DNA from: Escherichia coli
GTDB taxonomy: Bacteria > Pseudomonadota > Gammaproteobacteria > Enterobacterales > Enterobacteriaceae
Reading direction: 5' to 3' (one strand)
Assembly: GCF_009931435.1 (NCBI RefSeq)
Contig: NZ_CP043414.1
DNA length: 64,000 nucleotides
Positions 27,234 to 41,739 of this stretch are shown here, piece by piece. Made by a program: the position numbers and the translations under genes. The notes beneath the pieces are model-generated. The model was not told the origin of the DNA. It did not search any database and was given only the letters and a program-made list of their open reading frames with translations. The first letter of the stretch is position 1. Every line of letters starts with the position of its first letter.

Positions 27234-28436
27234 TCAGGCGGTCAAGCGGCAGGCGTCTTGCGCGATAACCAGCTCTTCGTTGGTCGGGATCACAACAGCA
27301 GGGCGGGTGCCTTCTTTGTTGATGAAACCAGATTTGCCGAAACGTGCAGCCAGGTTGCGCTCATGATCAACTTCAAAGCCCAGCACGCCCAGTTTGCCCA
27401 GAGACAGTTCACGAACCATCGCGGCATTTTCACCGATACCACCGGTGAATACAACAGCGTCCAGACGACCATCCATCAGCGCGGTGTAGGCACCGATGTA
27501 TTTCGCCAGACGGTGGCAGTAAACGTCCATTGCGCGCTTCGCGTCTTCTTTTGTCGCGTAGTTGTCTTCAACATAACGGCAGTCGCTGGTGACTTCGGTC
27601 AGACCCAGCAGGCCAGACTCTTTGGTCAGCATTTTGTTGATTGCGTCAACGCTCATGCCCAGAGTGTCGTGCAGGTGGAAGATGATCGCAGGATCGATAT
27701 CGCCAGAGCGAGTACCCATTACCAGACCTTCCAGCGGGGTCAGACCCATAGAGGTGTCAACGCATTTACCGTTGCGGATAGCAGAAACGGAACCACCGTT
27801 ACCCAGGTGGCAGGTGATGATGTTCAGCTCTTCTACCGGTTTGTTCAGCATTTTTGCCGCTTCCTGGGTTACATAGAAGTGGCTGGTGCCGTGCGCGCCG
27901 TAACGACGGATGCCATGCTCTTTGTACAGGTTGTGCGGCAGGGCGTAGAGGTAAGACTCTTCCGGCATAGTCTGGTGGAACGCGGTGTCAAATACAGCAA
28001 CGTTTTTGTCTTTCAGCTGAGGGAAAGATTTCAGTGCTTCTTCGATACCGATCAGGTGAGCCGGGTTGTGCAGCGGTGCAAAAGAAGCTGCATCTTTGAT
28101 ACCCTGAATAACAGACTCATCGATCACTACGGAGCTGGTATACTTTTCGCCGCCGTGTACGATACGGTGACCGATAGCGGTCAGCTGCGCAGACAGTTCT
28201 GGTTTTTGTGCCAGAATAGTATTAACGATAAAGTTGAGCGCTTCGCTGTGAGCGGCGCCTGCACCTAAAGCCGCTTCCTGTTTATTGCCGTCCATTTTCC
28301 ATTTGATACGTGCTTCGGGCAGGTGGAAACATTCGGCTAAACCAGAAAGGTACTCTTCACCATTCACTGCATCGATGATTGCAAATTTCAGTGAAGAACT
28401 ACCGCAGTTCAGAACCAGTACTAACTTACTCGACAT
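27234..28436 (-). CDS. ackA: Acetate kinase
   Basis: 400-aa ORF; N-terminal [17 protein letters not shown]-fold motif. Confidence 0.95.
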   Translation of the reverse strand: MSSKLVLVLNCGSSSLKFAIIDAVNGEEYLSGLAECFHLPEARIKWKMDGNKQEAALGAGAAHSEALNFIVNTILAQKPELSAQLTAIGHRIVHGGEKYTSSVVIDESVIQGIKDAASFAPLHNPAHLIGIEEALKSFPQLKDKNVAVFDTAFHQTMPEESYLYALPHNLYKEHGIRRYGAHGTSHFYVTQEAAKMLNKPVEELNIITCHLGNGGSVSAIRNGKCVDTSMGLTPLEGLVMGTRSGDIDPAIIFHLHDTLGMSVDAINKMLTKESGLLGLTEVTSDCRYVEDNYATKEDAKRAMDVYCHRLAKYIGAYTALMDGRLDAVVFTGGIGENAAMVRELSLGKLGVLGFEVDHERNLAARFGKSGFINKEGTRPAVVIPTNEELVIAQDACRLTA

Positions 28437-28773
28437 GGAAGTACCTATAATTGATACGTGGCTAAAAAAACGTCAGGGAGCCATAGAGCGTAGCGCATGA
28501 TGACACTGACATTTATGATTAACATCATGCACTGCAAATTTTTTTTGCATGATGGAAGAAATATCTTGAGTCTATGCCATTTTGCGTAATTTTCAGCCAA
28601 TGGCATAATGTATATGAATTTGACGACTCAATGAATATGTACTACTTAGGCCTTCAGGCTGCTAAAGGATACCTGATAGTGGGTATGGAAGACAAAATGT
28701 TTTGAACGTTGTCCCGCTGAGTTGTGAATTTGCACAAATTTTTGAATCTTTATATGTGAAGTTGAGGTGAAGC

Positions 28774-29229
28774 ATGTCAACGCCGGATAATCGTTCTGTT
28801 AATTTTTTTAGCTTGTTTCGCCGGGGACAGCATTACTCAAAGACGTGGCCGCTGGAAAAACGCCTTGCCCCGGTCTTTGTCGAAAATCGCGTTATCAAGA
28901 TGACGCGCTATGCGATCCGTTTTATGCCGCCAATCGCCGTATTTACTCTCTGCTGGCAGATTGCCCTGGGCGGTCAACTGGGCCCGGCAGTTGCCACTGC
29001 GCTGTTCGCCTTAAGTTTACCCATGCAAGGACTATGGTGGCTGGGCAAGCGTTCTGTAACGCCATTACCTCCTGCAATCCTTAACTGGTTTTATGAAGTT
29101 CGCGGTAAATTGCAAGAGTCTGGACAGGTGTTGGCACCCGTTGAAGGCAAGCCTGATTACCAGGCATTAGCTGACACGCTTAAGCGTGCCTTCAAACAAC
29201 TGGATAAAACTTTCCTTGATGATTTGTAA
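28774..29229 (+). CDS. yfbV: UPF0208-family membrane protein
   Basis: 151-aa ORF with two hydrophobic segments; divergent from ackA. Confidence 0.8.
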
Positions 29230-29233
29230 TTGA

Positions 29234-29806
<573 letters not shown>

Positions 29807-29816
29807 GGAGGCCCAT

Positions 29817-30467
29817 GTGCGGTGCAAAGGTTTTCTGTTTGATCTTGATGGAACGCTGGTGGACTCCCTGCCTGCGGTAGAACGGGCGTGGAGCAACTGG
29901 GCCAGACGTCATGGGTTAGCGCCGGAAGAGGTGCTGGCTTTCATTCACGGTAAACAGGCCATCACCTCTTTGCGCCATTTTATGGTGGGCAAATCCGAGG
30001 CAGACATTGCTGCCGAATTTACGCGTCTGGAGCAAATCGAGGCCACGGAAACCGAAGGTATTACCGCGCTTCCGGGGGCAATCGCCTTACTCAATCATCT
30101 GAATAAAGCAGGTATTCCGTGGGCCATTGTGACGTCTGGCTCCATGCCGGTAGCGCGAGCGCGCCATAAAATAGCGGGGCTTCCCGCGCCAGAGGTGTTT
30201 GTAACCGCTGAGCGAGTGAAGCGCGGAAAACCAGAACCTGATGCGTATCTGTTAGGCGCGCAGCTGCTGGGGCTTGCGCCGCAGGAATGTGTGGTGGTGG
30301 AAGATGCTCCCGCTGGCGTGCTTTCAGGCCTGGCGGCGGGTTGTCATGTAATTGCGGTTAACGCTCCGGCAGATACCCCGCGCCTGAATGAGGTCGATTT
30401 AGTCCTCCACAGTCTGGAGCAAATTACTGTGACCAAACAGCCAAATGGCGATGTTATTATTCAGTGA
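29817..30467 (+). CDS. hxpA: HAD-family sugar-phosphate phosphatase
   Basis: GTG start 7 nt after SD gaggagg; HAD motif I FLFDLDGTLVDS; 216 aa. The upstream ORF-track extension overlaps yfbU and is not used. Confidence 0.8.
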   Translation: MRCKGFLFDLDGTLVDSLPAVERAWSNWARRHGLAPEEVLAFIHGKQAITSLRHFMVGKSEADIAAEFTRLEQIEATETEGITALPGAIALLNHLNKAGIPWAIVTSGSMPVARARHKIAGLPAPEVFVTAERVKRGKPEPDAYLLGAQLLGLAPQECVVVEDAPAGVLSGLAAGCHVIAVNAPADTPRLNEVDLVLHSLEQITVTKQPNGDVIIQ

Positions 30468-30485
30468 AACACCTGATCATGATTT

Positions 30486-30510
30486 AGCCCCGTCTCGTCG
30501 GGGCTTTTTT
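30486..30510 (+). terminator. Rho-independent terminator after hxpA/yfbT
   Basis: agccccg-tctcgt-cggggct hairpin followed by tttttt. Confidence 0.75.
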
Positions 30511-30553
30511 ATGGCAGAATCAAGTCATCCCCCTCAATTAACAAGGATAAGTT

Positions 30554-32386
30554 GTGAACGGTGAATTGATTTGGGTTCTTTCATTACTGGCCGTTGCCAT
30601 CGTCTTGTTTGCGACGGGCAGAGTGCGTATGGATGCGGTCGCTTTGTTTGTTATTGTCGCGTTTGCATTAAGCGGAACGCTGACGGTCCCCGAAGTATTT
30701 TCCGGCTTTTCCGATCCTAACGTTGTCCTGATTGCCGCCTTGTTCATTATTGGCGATGGTTTGGTCCGTACCGGTGTTGCCACCGTAATGGGGACATGGC
30801 TGGTCAAAGTGGCAGGCAACAGTGAAATCAAAATGTTGGTTTTGTTGATGCTGACCGTCGCGGGGCTTGGCGCGTTTATGAGTTCAACCGGCGTTGTCGC
30901 TATCTTTATTCCCGTAGTGTTAAGCGTTGCCATGCGTATGCAAACGTCGCCGTCGCGCCTGATGATGCCGTTAAGTTTTGCCGGGCTGATAAGCGGCATG
31001 ATGACGCTGGTGGCGACGCCGCCGAACCTGGTAGTCAACAGTGAATTGCTGCGTGAAGGCTATCATGGTTTTAGTTTCTTTAGCGTAACACCTATTGGCC
31101 TGGTCGTGCTGGTGCTGGGTATTTTGTATATGTTAGTGATGCGTTTCATGCTGAAAGGGGATACCCAGACCCCACAGCGCGAAGGCTGGACGCGTCGAAC
31201 CTTTCGCGATCTTATTCGTGAATATCGACTGACCGGGCGTGCGCGTCGTCTGGCTATTCGCCCCGGTTCGCCAATGATTGGTCAACGGCTGGACGATCTC
31301 AAATTACGTGAGCGTTATGGCGCTAACGTCATCGGTGTTGAACGCTGGCGGCGTTTTCGTCGCGTTATCGTGAATGTTAACGGGGTTTCTGAATTTCGCG
31401 CGCGTGACGTTTTGCTTATTGATATGTCTGCGGCTGATGTCGATCTCCGGCAATTTTGTAGTGAGCAGTTGCTGGAGCCGATGGTACTACGCGGCGAGTA
31501 TTTTTCTGACCAGGCACTTGATGTGGGCATGGCAGAGATTTCATTAATTCCTGAGTCAGAACTTATTGGTAAATCGGTGCGCGAAATTGGTTTTCGTACC
31601 CGCTACGGACTGAATGTGGTGGGGCTAAAGCGCAATGGCGAGGCGATGGAAGGTTCGCTGGCGGATGAGCCTCTGCTGCTGGGCGATATCATCCTGGTTG
31701 TAGGTAACTGGAAACTGATCGGTATGCTGGCAAAACAGGGGCGTGACTTTGTGGCGCTGAACTTACCCGAAGAGGTGAGTGAAGCATCGCCAGCACACAG
31801 TCAGGCACCTCATGCCATTTTTTGCCTGGTGTTGATGGTAGCGTTAATGCTTACCGATGAAATCCCTAATCCTGTTGCCGCTATCATCGCCTGCCTGCTG
31901 ATGGGGAAATTCCGTTGTATCGATGCTGAAAGCGCCTATAAATCCATTCACTGGCCGAGCATTATTTTGATCGTTGGGATGATGCCGTTTGCTGTGGCAT
32001 TACAGAAAACGGGAGGTGTCGCGCTGGCGGTGAAAGGGCTGATGGACATTGGCGGCGGTTACGGGCCACATATGATGCTGGGTTGTTTGTTTGTCTTGTC
32101 GGCGGTTATTGGGCTATTTATCTCTAATACCGCAACGGCAGTGTTGATGGCTCCGATTGCGCTGGCTGCTGCCAAAACGATGGGTGTGTCGCCTTATCCA
32201 TTTGCGATGGTCGTGGCGATGGCAGCATCCGCCGCCTTTATGACACCGGTTTCTTCACCTGTTAACACACTGGTTTTAGGCCCGGGAAATTACAGCTTCA
32301 GTGACTTTGTGAAGTTGGGGGTACCGTTCACCATTATCGTGATGGCGGTTTGTGTGGTGATGATCCCGATGCTGTTTCCGTTTTGA
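30554..32386 (+). CDS. yfbS: Anion-permease-family transporter with central TrkA-C domains
   Basis: 610-aa ORF; hydrophobic N- and C-terminal halves flanking a soluble central region. Confidence 0.85.
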   Translation: MNGELIWVLSLLAVAIVLFATGRVRMDAVALFVIVAFALSGTLTVPEVFSGFSDPNVVLIAALFIIGDGLVRTGVATVMGTWLVKVAGNSEIKMLVLLMLTVAGLGAFMSSTGVVAIFIPVVLSVAMRMQTSPSRLMMPLSFAGLISGMMTLVATPPNLVVNSELLREGYHGFSFFSVTPIGLVVLVLGILYMLVMRFMLKGDTQTPQREGWTRRTFRDLIREYRLTGRARRLAIRPGSPMIGQRLDDLKLRERYGANVIGVERWRRFRRVIVNVNGVSEFRARDVLLIDMSAADVDLRQFCSEQLLEPMVLRGEYFSDQALDVGMAEISLIPESELIGKSVREIGFRTRYGLNVVGLKRNGEAMEGSLADEPLLLGDIILVVGNWKLIGMLAKQGRDFVALNLPEEVSEASPAHSQAPHAIFCLVLMVALMLTDEIPNPVAAIIACLLMGKFRCIDAESAYKSIHWPSIILIVGMMPFAVALQKTGGVALAVKGLMDIGGGYGPHMMLGCLFVLSAVIGLFISNTATAVLMAPIALAAAKTMGVSPYPFAMVVAMAASAAFMTPVSSPVNTLVLGPGNYSFSDFVKLGVPFTIIVMAVCVVMIPMLFPF

Positions 32387-32391
32387 CAAGA

Positions 32392-32430
32392 GCCTGATGT
32401 CGCATCCGGCGCTTATTGCCTGATGCGACG
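32392..32430. repeat. REP element between yfbS and yfbR
   Basis: gcctgatgtcgcatccggcg...gcctgatgcgacgc REP-type palindromes. Confidence 0.6.
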
Positions 32431-32444
32431 CAGACTCCGGCTGC

Positions 32445-33044
32445 TTACAGCGGTGAATCCTGGCTAATCTCATCGAGCGAAAGATGGAAGCTGGGAACAA
32501 AGACTTCCATGAAGTAGTCCATCTCCTGGCTGCGGCGCGCTTCAAGCGTCGCTTCCAGTCGCGTTTTTGCCAGCAAGAATTCATTATTTCCCGCCGCGAG
32601 TTCTTCCAGACATTTCAGATATGCACACAGTGCATCTGCCTGTTTCACCAGAGATTTCTCTTCATCGCTGTATGCATGCTCGTCAATTAACGGCGCAAAA
32701 ATATCCTGCAGCTCTTCCGGAACCATATCGACCAGTTTTTGCTGAGCGATTTTTTCAATAGCCTTGTATTCCTGAGCGATTTGCGAATTGAAGTATTTCA
32801 CCGGGGTAGGGAGATCGCCGGTAAGCACTTCTGAGGCATCGTGGTACATCGCCAGTAAAGCGATACGTTCGGCGTTGACATTACCGCCAAATTTACGATT
32901 TTTGATAGCTGCCAGCGCATGGGCGACCATCGCTACCTGCAAACTGTGTTCGGACACATTTTCCGTCCGCACGTTGCGCATTAGCGGCCAGCGGTTAATG
33001 AGTTTCAGGCGGGAGAGATGGGCAAAAAAATGGCTCTGTTTCAT
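32445..33044 (-). CDS. yfbR: 5'-deoxynucleotidase (HD domain)
   Basis: 199-aa ORF; HD motif [13 protein letters not shown]. Confidence 0.85.
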   Translation of the reverse strand: MKQSHFFAHLSRLKLINRWPLMRNVRTENVSEHSLQVAMVAHALAAIKNRKFGGNVNAERIALLAMYHDASEVLTGDLPTPVKYFNSQIAQEYKAIEKIAQQKLVDMVPEELQDIFAPLIDEHAYSDEEKSLVKQADALCAYLKCLEELAAGNNEFLLAKTRLEATLEARRSQEMDYFMEVFVPSFHLSLDEISQDSPL

Positions 33045-33127
33045 AGTGACCTTACGTATGATGACATCATCAGGTCATTGTGGCGGGATAACACTGCCGG
33101 ATGCAATCTCCGGCAGTGAAATTAAGA

Positions 33128-34345
33128 TTACAGCTGATGATAACCAGAAAGGAAACGCGCGAACTTACTCAAAGACAGCTCGATATCATCAACACGTGGT
33201 AGTGTGACAATGCGGAAGTGATCCGGCCACGGCCAGTTGAATGCTGTCCCTTGAACCAGCAGGACTTTTTCCTGCAACAGGAAATCCAGCACCATTTTCT
33301 GGTCGTCGTGAATGTTAAAGCGTTTAGCGTCGATTTTCGGGAACATATACAGCGCACCGCGCGGTTTCACGCAGGAAACGCCCGGAATGTCGTTGATCAA
33401 TTCCCACGCGCGGTTACGCTGCTCATAAAGACGCCCGCCGGGAGTAATAAATTCACTGATGCTCTGATAACCGCCTAGTGCTGTCTGAATGGCGTGTTGC
33501 GCAGGAACGTTAGCACACAGGCGCATTGAAGCCAGCATTTCCAGACCTTCGATGTAACCTTTGGCGTGTTTTTTCGGCCCGTTCAACACCATCCACCCCT
33601 GACGGAAGCCTGCAACGCGGTACGTTTTCGACAATCCGTTAAAGGTAATGGTCAGCAGATCAGGTGCCAGCGGCGCAATTGAGTGATGCTCAGCGTCGTC
33701 GTAGAGAATTTTGTCATAAATTTCATCGGCGAAGATAATGAGATTATGCTGACGTGCAATCTCCACTATCTCCATTAAAAGCTCTTTGGAATATACCGCG
33801 CCGGTTGGGTTATTTGGGTTGATAATAACGATCCCACGCGTACGAGGCGTAATTTTAGCGCGAATATCATCAAGGTCCGGGAACCAGTCAGAGGATTCAT
33901 CGCAAAGATAATGCACCGCTTTACCGCTGGAGAGCGAAACCGCTGCGGTCCATAGTGGGTAATCAGGTGCAGGAACCAACATTTCGTCCCCGCTGTTCAG
34001 CAATGCCTGCATTGCCTGAACGATAAGCTCCGATACACCATTGCCGATGTAAATATCTTCCACGGTAACATCACGCATGCCACGAGCCTGGTAGTGCTGC
34101 ATGATGGCTTTACGCGCGGAGTAAAGCCCTTTGGAATCGCAATACCCTTGAGCGGTAGGCAGGTTGCGAATCACGTCAACGAGGATTTCATCTGGCGCGT
34201 CAAAACCGAACGGGGCAGGGTTGCCGATGTTCAGTTTCAGTACCTTGTTACCTTCTTCTTCCAGGCGTTTTGCTTCTTTCAGCACCGGACCACGGATGTC
34301 GTAACAGACATTCTCTAATTTGCTGGATTTTTCAATGGGGGACAT
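33128..34345 (-). CDS. alaA: Glutamate-pyruvate aminotransferase (alanine transaminase)
   Basis: 405-aa ORF; class I/II PLP aminotransferase with the lysine motif in NGLSKTYRVAGFRQGW. Confidence 0.9.
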   Translation of the reverse strand: MSPIEKSSKLENVCYDIRGPVLKEAKRLEEEGNKVLKLNIGNPAPFGFDAPDEILVDVIRNLPTAQGYCDSKGLYSARKAIMQHYQARGMRDVTVEDIYIGNGVSELIVQAMQALLNSGDEMLVPAPDYPLWTAAVSLSSGKAVHYLCDESSDWFPDLDDIRAKITPRTRGIVIINPNNPTGAVYSKELLMEIVEIARQHNLIIFADEIYDKILYDDAEHHSIAPLAPDLLTITFNGLSKTYRVAGFRQGWMVLNGPKKHAKGYIEGLEMLASMRLCANVPAQHAIQTALGGYQSISEFITPGGRLYEQRNRAWELINDIPGVSCVKPRGALYMFPKIDAKRFNIHDDQKMVLDFLLQEKVLLVQGTAFNWPWPDHFRIVTLPRVDDIELSLSKFARFLSGYHQL

Positions 34346-35261
34346 GAATCTTGACCTTTTTTGCTGTTATCGCCACTCCCTGCCGTGGAAGTCAGCTTAG
34401 AACAATGTACTCCCCCAGGACGGCGTTTTGAAGGTCTGCAGAATAAGATTTTGCCAGAGGGGAAGACTCGATTGTGCTGTTAATAACTTAATAATGGCAA
34501 AATAATGAGGTGTATATGCTTAGTAATTAATGTTATGTAGTGAATTGTTCTGATTCTTAATTGTGAGTGTGGTTTTTTTATCTGTAAGATAATTGTTTGA
34601 AAATGCCTCGTTTAAGAATTCACTAATGAATCGTGATGATGATATTTCCGCATTACGGAGAGTTTAACAGCGTGATGATTTCCGAGGTGTCGTAATGGGT
34701 GCAAGGTGTGAAACTATTGTTAAGCGGGATTAATGAATGAGGATGATGCTAATTAATTATTATTTAATATTCAAAAAGGTTTTGTTGTGCTTATTAATAA
34801 TAGAAGATTACTTTGCCTAACATAACATAACTTTGCATCAGATAATTCGCAATGACCCTTATAAATAAAAGGTTTTTGGGGTAAAATGCTCGCATAAATG
34901 ACGGATCCCTGCTCTTGATGCCGCCTCACCATTGCTGTTTGTACGTGTTCGCGTATGACCAGCGATGCTGCACGAGAGTGGAACAAGGACTCACATTTAC
35001 ATTTATACAAACACGCGCATGTCATAAATACAAAAGAGTGAGTAACTTAATAGATATGCGATTCCTGAAGATATATTCTGTGATCTACTTCAGGCATTAT
35101 AACGGAACAATGTGAGTCGCTTTTTTAGTGCAACTCATATGCATTTTTACTTTCGTCCGGGTTCCGGATGAAACTGCCAGGGAGGCACATTACAAATGGA
35201 ATTGCTTGTTTGTGTGTGCACAGCATTAACCAGCTCAGTACGAGCCGCCAGTAAGTGATAA

Positions 35262-36203
<942 letters not shown>

Positions 36204-36246
36204 TCGACGGACCATAGATAATTTCTAAGACAATAGTGTAAAAACG

Positions 36247-36287
36247 AGCCGCTGGGGGTGTTTTAAACCCCAGCGGCTTTTTTTTAG
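36247..36287 (+). terminator. Rho-independent terminator of lrhA
   Basis: agccgctggggg...ccccagcggct stem followed by 9 T. Confidence 0.8.
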
Positions 36288-36832
36288 TAAAAAGCCTTCC
36301 TCGTATCGTGCAGAACGCACAAAACTGTTCATTTTTCAATCACCAGAGATTCACGTCCCGAACGCACAAATAATCGCCTGAAAAAAATCACCTGCTACAA
36401 TGATGTTAAAAAATACGTAAATTTGTTGCTGCGTTTTTGTTATGGAATGACAAAAGCGTGTCACAGATCAAGAAAATACTCTCTTTTGGGGGGAGGAATC
36501 GACACAAATTCCTGTCAAAATAGACCCGTATTTTTTCCATTGCTTCACAACGGACACGATTCAACAACATCTAATTATCCTGGAGTCGTCAAGGATCTGG
36601 GGTGAAAGGGCATTAAATGCTAATAGTGTTGATATTATGTAAACTAATGTGAAGAAACTTTTGTTAAAGTTGACAAAAGGTTATAGAAAGGAGTAAAAGA
36701 CCACATCAATTAGCTGTATAAAAGAGTTTCTACAGTGATTGTAAGGTTTTTTTTATTCCTCCCCATGAATCGATGTGGCGTCCATCTGCCGTGAAGAGCA
36801 GTGAATCTGGCGCTACTTTTGATGAGTAAGCA

Positions 36833-37276
36833 ATGAGTATGTCAACATCCACTGAAGTCATCGCTCATCACTGGGCATTCGCTATCTTTCTTATCGTTGC
36901 CATTGGCCTGTGTTGCCTGATGCTGGTAGGCGGTTGGTTTTTAGGCGGTCGCGCACGCGCGAGGTCGAAAAACGTTCCGTTTGAATCCGGTATCGACTCG
37001 GTCGGCTCCGCCCGCTTACGCCTGTCCGCCAAGTTTTATCTGGTGGCCATGTTCTTCGTTATCTTCGACGTTGAAGCGCTGTATCTGTTCGCATGGTCAA
37101 CCTCTATCCGCGAAAGCGGCTGGGTAGGCTTTGTGGAAGCTGCAATTTTTATTTTTGTGTTACTGGCTGGTCTGGTTTATCTGGTGCGTATTGGCGCGCT
37201 GGACTGGACGCCCGCGCGTTCACGCCGCGAGCGTATGAACCCGGAAACGAACAGTATCGCTAATCGTCAACGCTAA
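36833..37276 (+). CDS. nuoA: NADH-quinone oxidoreductase subunit A
   Basis: 147-aa membrane ORF; first gene of a 13-gene nuo cluster. Confidence 0.9.
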
Positions 37277-37291
37277 CCGCGAGGCATTAAG

Positions 37292-37954
37292 ATGGATTAT
37301 ACGCTCACCCGCATAGATCCCAACGGTGAGAACGACCGTTACCCCCTGCAAAAGCAGGAGATCGTAACCGACCCTCTGGAGCAAGAAGTTAACAAAAACG
37401 TGTTTATGGGCAAGCTCAATGACATGGTTAACTGGGGTCGTAAAAACTCAATTTGGCCGTATAACTTCGGTCTTTCCTGCTGTTACGTTGAGATGGTGAC
37501 TTCGTTTACCGCGGTGCATGACGTGGCACGTTTTGGCGCAGAAGTATTGCGTGCTTCGCCGCGTCAGGCTGACCTGATGGTGGTTGCAGGAACCTGCTTT
37601 ACCAAAATGGCACCGGTTATTCAGCGTCTGTATGACCAGATGCTGGAACCAAAATGGGTTATCTCAATGGGGGCCTGTGCCAACTCTGGCGGTATGTACG
37701 ATATTTATTCCGTTGTGCAGGGCGTTGATAAATTCATCCCGGTTGATGTGTATATCCCGGGCTGCCCGCCACGTCCTGAAGCGTACATGCAGGCACTGAT
37801 GCTGTTGCAGGAATCTATCGGTAAAGAACGTCGTCCGCTCTCCTGGGTGGTTGGCGATCAGGGCGTTTATCGCGCCAATATGCAATCAGAGCGCGAACGC
37901 AAGCGCGGTGAACGCATTGCCGTTACCAACCTGCGTACACCTGACGAGATTTAA
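37292..37954 (+). CDS. nuoB: NADH-quinone oxidoreductase subunit B
   Basis: 220-aa ORF; Fe-S cluster N2 cysteine motifs ([20 protein letters not shown]). Confidence 0.95.
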
Positions 37955-38047
37955 TTTGCGCCTGTCGGCAAAGGGATTTTTCTTCGCTTATTCCTAAATC
38001 TATTTCGCGAAGCTTACTGCGCCGACAGTCACCACGGACCATTTGCA

Positions 38048-39850
38048 ATGGTGAACAATATGACCGACTTAACCGCGCAAGAACCCGCCTGGCAGACCCG
38101 CGATCATCTTGATGATCCGGTGATTGGCGAACTGCGCAACCGTTTTGGGCCGGATGCCTTTACTGTTCAGGCGACTCGCACCGGGGTTCCCGTTGTGTGG
38201 ATCAAGCGTGAACAATTACTGGAAGTGGGTGATTTCTTAAAGAAACTGCCGAAACCTTACGTCATGCTGTTTGACTTACACGGCATGGACGAACGTCTGC
38301 GCACACACCGCGAAGGGTTACCTGCCGCGGATTTTTCCGTTTTCTACCATCTGATTTCTATCGATCGTAACCGCGACATCATGCTGAAGGTGGCGCTGGC
38401 AGAAAACGACCTGCACGTACCGACCTTCACCAAGCTGTTCCCGAACGCTAACTGGTATGAGCGTGAAACCTGGGATCTGTTTGGCATTACTTTCGATGGT
38501 CACCCCAATTTGCGCCGCATCATGATGCCGCAAACCTGGAAAGGTCACCCGCTGCGTAAAGATTACCCGGCGCGCGCTACCGAATTCTCGCCGTTTGAGC
38601 TGACCAAAGCCAAACAGGATCTGGAGATGGAAGCCCTGACCTTCAAACCGGAAGAGTGGGGGATGAAGCGTGGCACCGAAAATGAAGACTTCATGTTCCT
38701 CAACCTCGGTCCGAACCACCCGTCGGCGCACGGTGCTTTCCGTATCGTTTTGCAACTCGATGGCGAAGAGATTGTCGACTGCGTACCAGACATCGGTTAC
38801 CACCATCGTGGTGCGGAGAAAATGGGCGAGCGCCAGTCATGGCACAGCTACATTCCGTATACCGACCGTATCGAATATCTCGGTGGCTGTGTTAACGAGA
38901 TGCCGTATGTACTGGCGGTAGAGAAACTGGCCGGGATCACCGTGCCGGATCGCGTTAACGTCATTCGCGTAATGCTTTCTGAGCTGTTCCGCATCAACAG
39001 CCACCTGCTGTATATCTCGACCTTTATTCAGGACGTCGGCGCGATGACGCCAGTGTTCTTCGCCTTTACCGATCGTCAGAAAATTTACGATCTGGTGGAA
39101 GCAATCACTGGTTTCCGTATGCACCCGGCGTGGTTCCGTATTGGCGGCGTAGCGCACGACCTGCCGCGCGGCTGGGATCGCCTGCTGCGTGAGTTCCTCG
39201 ACTGGATGCCGAAACGTCTGGCGTCTTATGAGAAAGCGGCGCTGCAAAACACCATTTTGAAAGGCCGTTCCCAGGGCGTAGCCGCCTACGGCGCGAAAGA
39301 GGCGCTGGAGTGGGGCACCACTGGTGCTGGTTTGCGTGCTACCGGGATCGACTTCGATGTGCGTAAGGCGCGCCCTTATTCTGGCTATGAAAACTTCGAC
39401 TTTGAAATCCCGGTTGGTGGTGGTGTTTCTGACTGCTACACCCGCGTAATGCTGAAAGTGGAAGAACTGCGTCAGAGTCTGCGCATTCTTGAGCAGTGCC
39501 TCAACAACATGCCGGAAGGCCCGTTCAAAGCGGATCACCCGCTGACCACGCCGCCGCCGAAAGAGCGCACGCTGCAACATATCGAAACCCTGATCACCCA
39601 CTTCCTGCAAGTGTCGTGGGGGCCGGTGATGCCTGCCAATGAATCTTTCCAGATGATTGAGGCGACCAAAGGGATCAACAGTTACTACCTGACCAGCGAC
39701 GGCAGCACTATGAGTTATCGCACCCGTATCCGTACGCCGAGTTATGCGCATTTGCAGCAAATTCCGGCGGCGATCCGCGGCAGCCTGGTGTCTGACCTGA
39801 TTGTTTATCTGGGCAGTATCGATTTTGTTATGTCAGATGTGGACCGCTAA
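38048..39850 (+). CDS. nuoC: NADH-quinone oxidoreductase subunit C/D (fused)
   Basis: 600-aa ORF; size and order consistent with the fused NuoCD of enterobacteria. Confidence 0.9.
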
Positions 39851-39852
39851 TT

Positions 39853-40353
39853 ATGCACGAGAATCAACAACCACAAACCGAGGCTTTTGAGCTGAGTGCG
39901 GCTGAGCGTGAAGCGATTGAGCACGAGATGCACCACTACGAAGACCCGCGTGCGGCGTCCATTGAAGCGCTGAAAATCGTTCAGAAACAGCGTGGATGGG
40001 TGCCAGACGGCGCGATCCACGCGATCGCTGACGTTCTGGGTATTCCCGCAAGTGATGTCGAAGGCGTGGCTACTTTCTACAGCCAGATCTTCCGCCAGCC
40101 GGTTGGTCGCCATGTGATCCGTTATTGCGACAGCGTGGTCTGTCACATTAACGGTTACCAGGGCATTCAGGCGGCACTGGAGAAAAAACTGAACATCAAA
40201 CCAGGGCAAACGACGTTTGACGGTCGCTTTACGCTGCTGCCAACTTGCTGCCTGGGGAACTGTGATAAAGGGCCAAACATGATGATCGATGAGGACACTC
40301 ACGCGCATCTGACCCCGGAAGCGATTCCTGAACTGCTGGAGCGGTATAAATGA
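39853..40353 (+). CDS. nuoE: NADH-quinone oxidoreductase subunit E
   Basis: 166-aa ORF; 2Fe-2S thioredoxin-like Cys motifs (CDSVVCH ... [10 protein letters not shown]); stop overlaps the nuoF start. Confidence 0.9.
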
Positions 40354-41687
40354 AAAACATTATCCGTACTCCCGAAACGCATCCGCTGACCTGGCGTCTG
40401 CGTGATGACAAACAGCCAGTGTGGCTGGACGAATATCGCAGCAAAAACGGTTACGAAGGAGCGCGTAAGGCGCTGACCGGACTGTCTCCGGACGAGATCG
40501 TCAATCAGGTTAAAGACGCTGGCCTGAAAGGGCGCGGCGGTGCGGGCTTTTCGACTGGTCTGAAGTGGAGCCTGATGCCGAAAGACGAATCCATGAACAT
40601 CCGTTACCTGCTGTGTAACGCCGATGAAATGGAGCCGGGCACCTATAAAGACCGCCTGCTGATGGAGCAACTGCCGCACCTGCTGGTGGAAGGTATGCTC
40701 ATTTCCGCATTTGCGCTGAAAGCTTATCGTGGCTACATCTTCCTGCGTGGCGAATATATTGAAGCGGCAGTGAATCTGCGCCGCGCCATTGCCGAAGCGA
40801 CCGAAGCGGGTCTGCTTGGCAAAAACATTATGGGAACAGGGTTCGATTTCGAACTGTTCGTCCATACCGGGGCAGGGCGCTACATCTGCGGGGAAGAAAC
40901 AGCGTTAATCAACTCCCTGGAAGGGCGTCGTGCTAACCCACGCTCGAAACCCCCCTTCCCGGCAACCTCCGGCGTATGGGGCAAACCGACCTGTGTCAAC
41001 AACGTCGAAACCCTGTGTAACGTTCCGGCGATCCTCGCTAACGGCGTGGAGTGGTATCAGAACATCTCGAAAAGTAAAGATGCTGGCACCAAGCTGATGG
41101 GCTTCTCCGGTCGGGTGAAAAATCCGGGCCTGTGGGAACTGCCGTTCGGCACTACCGCACGCGAGATCCTCGAAGATTACGCCGGTGGTATGCGTGACGG
41201 CCTGAAATTCAAAGCCTGGCAGCCAGGCGGTGCGGGCACTGACTTCCTGACCGAAGCGCACCTTGACCTGCCGATGGAATTCGAAAGTATCGGTAAAGCG
41301 GGCAGCCGTCTGGGTACGGCGCTGGCGATGGCGGTTGATCACGAGATCAACATGGTGTCGCTGGTACGAAACCTGGAAGAATTTTTCGCCCGTGAGTCCT
41401 GCGGCTGGTGTACGCCGTGCCGCGACGGTTTGCCGTGGAGCGTGAAAATTCTGCGCGCGCTGGAGCGTGGCGAAGGTCAGCCGGGCGATATCGAAACACT
41501 TGAGCAACTGTGTCGATTCTTGGGGCCGGGTAAAACTTTCTGTGCCCACGCACCTGGTGCAGTGGAGCCGTTACAGAGCGCCATCAAATATTTCCGCGAA
41601 GAATTTGAGGCGGGAATCAAACAGCCGTTCAGCAATACCCATTTGATTAATGGGATTCAGCCGAACCTGCTGAAAGAGCGCTGGTAA
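40350..41687 (+). CDS. nuoF: NADH-quinone oxidoreductase subunit F
   Basis: 445-aa ORF; NADH/FMN-binding [13 protein letters not shown]; 4Fe-4S motif CGWCTPC. Confidence 0.95.
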   Translation: MKNIIRTPETHPLTWRLRDDKQPVWLDEYRSKNGYEGARKALTGLSPDEIVNQVKDAGLKGRGGAGFSTGLKWSLMPKDESMNIRYLLCNADEMEPGTYKDRLLMEQLPHLLVEGMLISAFALKAYRGYIFLRGEYIEAAVNLRRAIAEATEAGLLGKNIMGTGFDFELFVHTGAGRYICGEETALINSLEGRRANPRSKPPFPATSGVWGKPTCVNNVETLCNVPAILANGVEWYQNISKSKDAGTKLMGFSGRVKNPGLWELPFGTTAREILEDYAGGMRDGLKFKAWQPGGAGTDFLTEAHLDLPMEFESIGKAGSRLGTALAMAVDHEINMVSLVRNLEEFFARESCGWCTPCRDGLPWSVKILRALERGEGQPGDIETLEQLCRFLGPGKTFCAHAPGAVEPLQSAIKYFREEFEAGIKQPFSNTHLINGIQPNLLKERW

Positions 41688-41739
41688 CCGAATTTCGATT
41701 AACGCTCAGTCTCTGACTGAGAAAACTGGAAGCATGCTA

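Noticed and set aside
24961-27366. 801-aa plus-strand ORF covering the whole of pta on the opposite strand
   Set aside because: The translation is low-complexity (R/G/V/Q-rich) with no recognisable domain, and pta on the minus strand has clear identity. Long stop-free antisense frames are a known consequence of codon bias in highly expressed genes.
27228-28268. 346-aa plus-strand ORF antisense to ackA
   Set aside because: Same reasoning: no domain signature, and it fully overlaps a well-supported gene on the other strand.
36423-36605. 60-aa ORF in the lrhA-nuoA intergenic region
   Set aside because: No Shine-Dalgarno sequence and a composition typical of random intergenic frames; it lies in the nuo promoter region.
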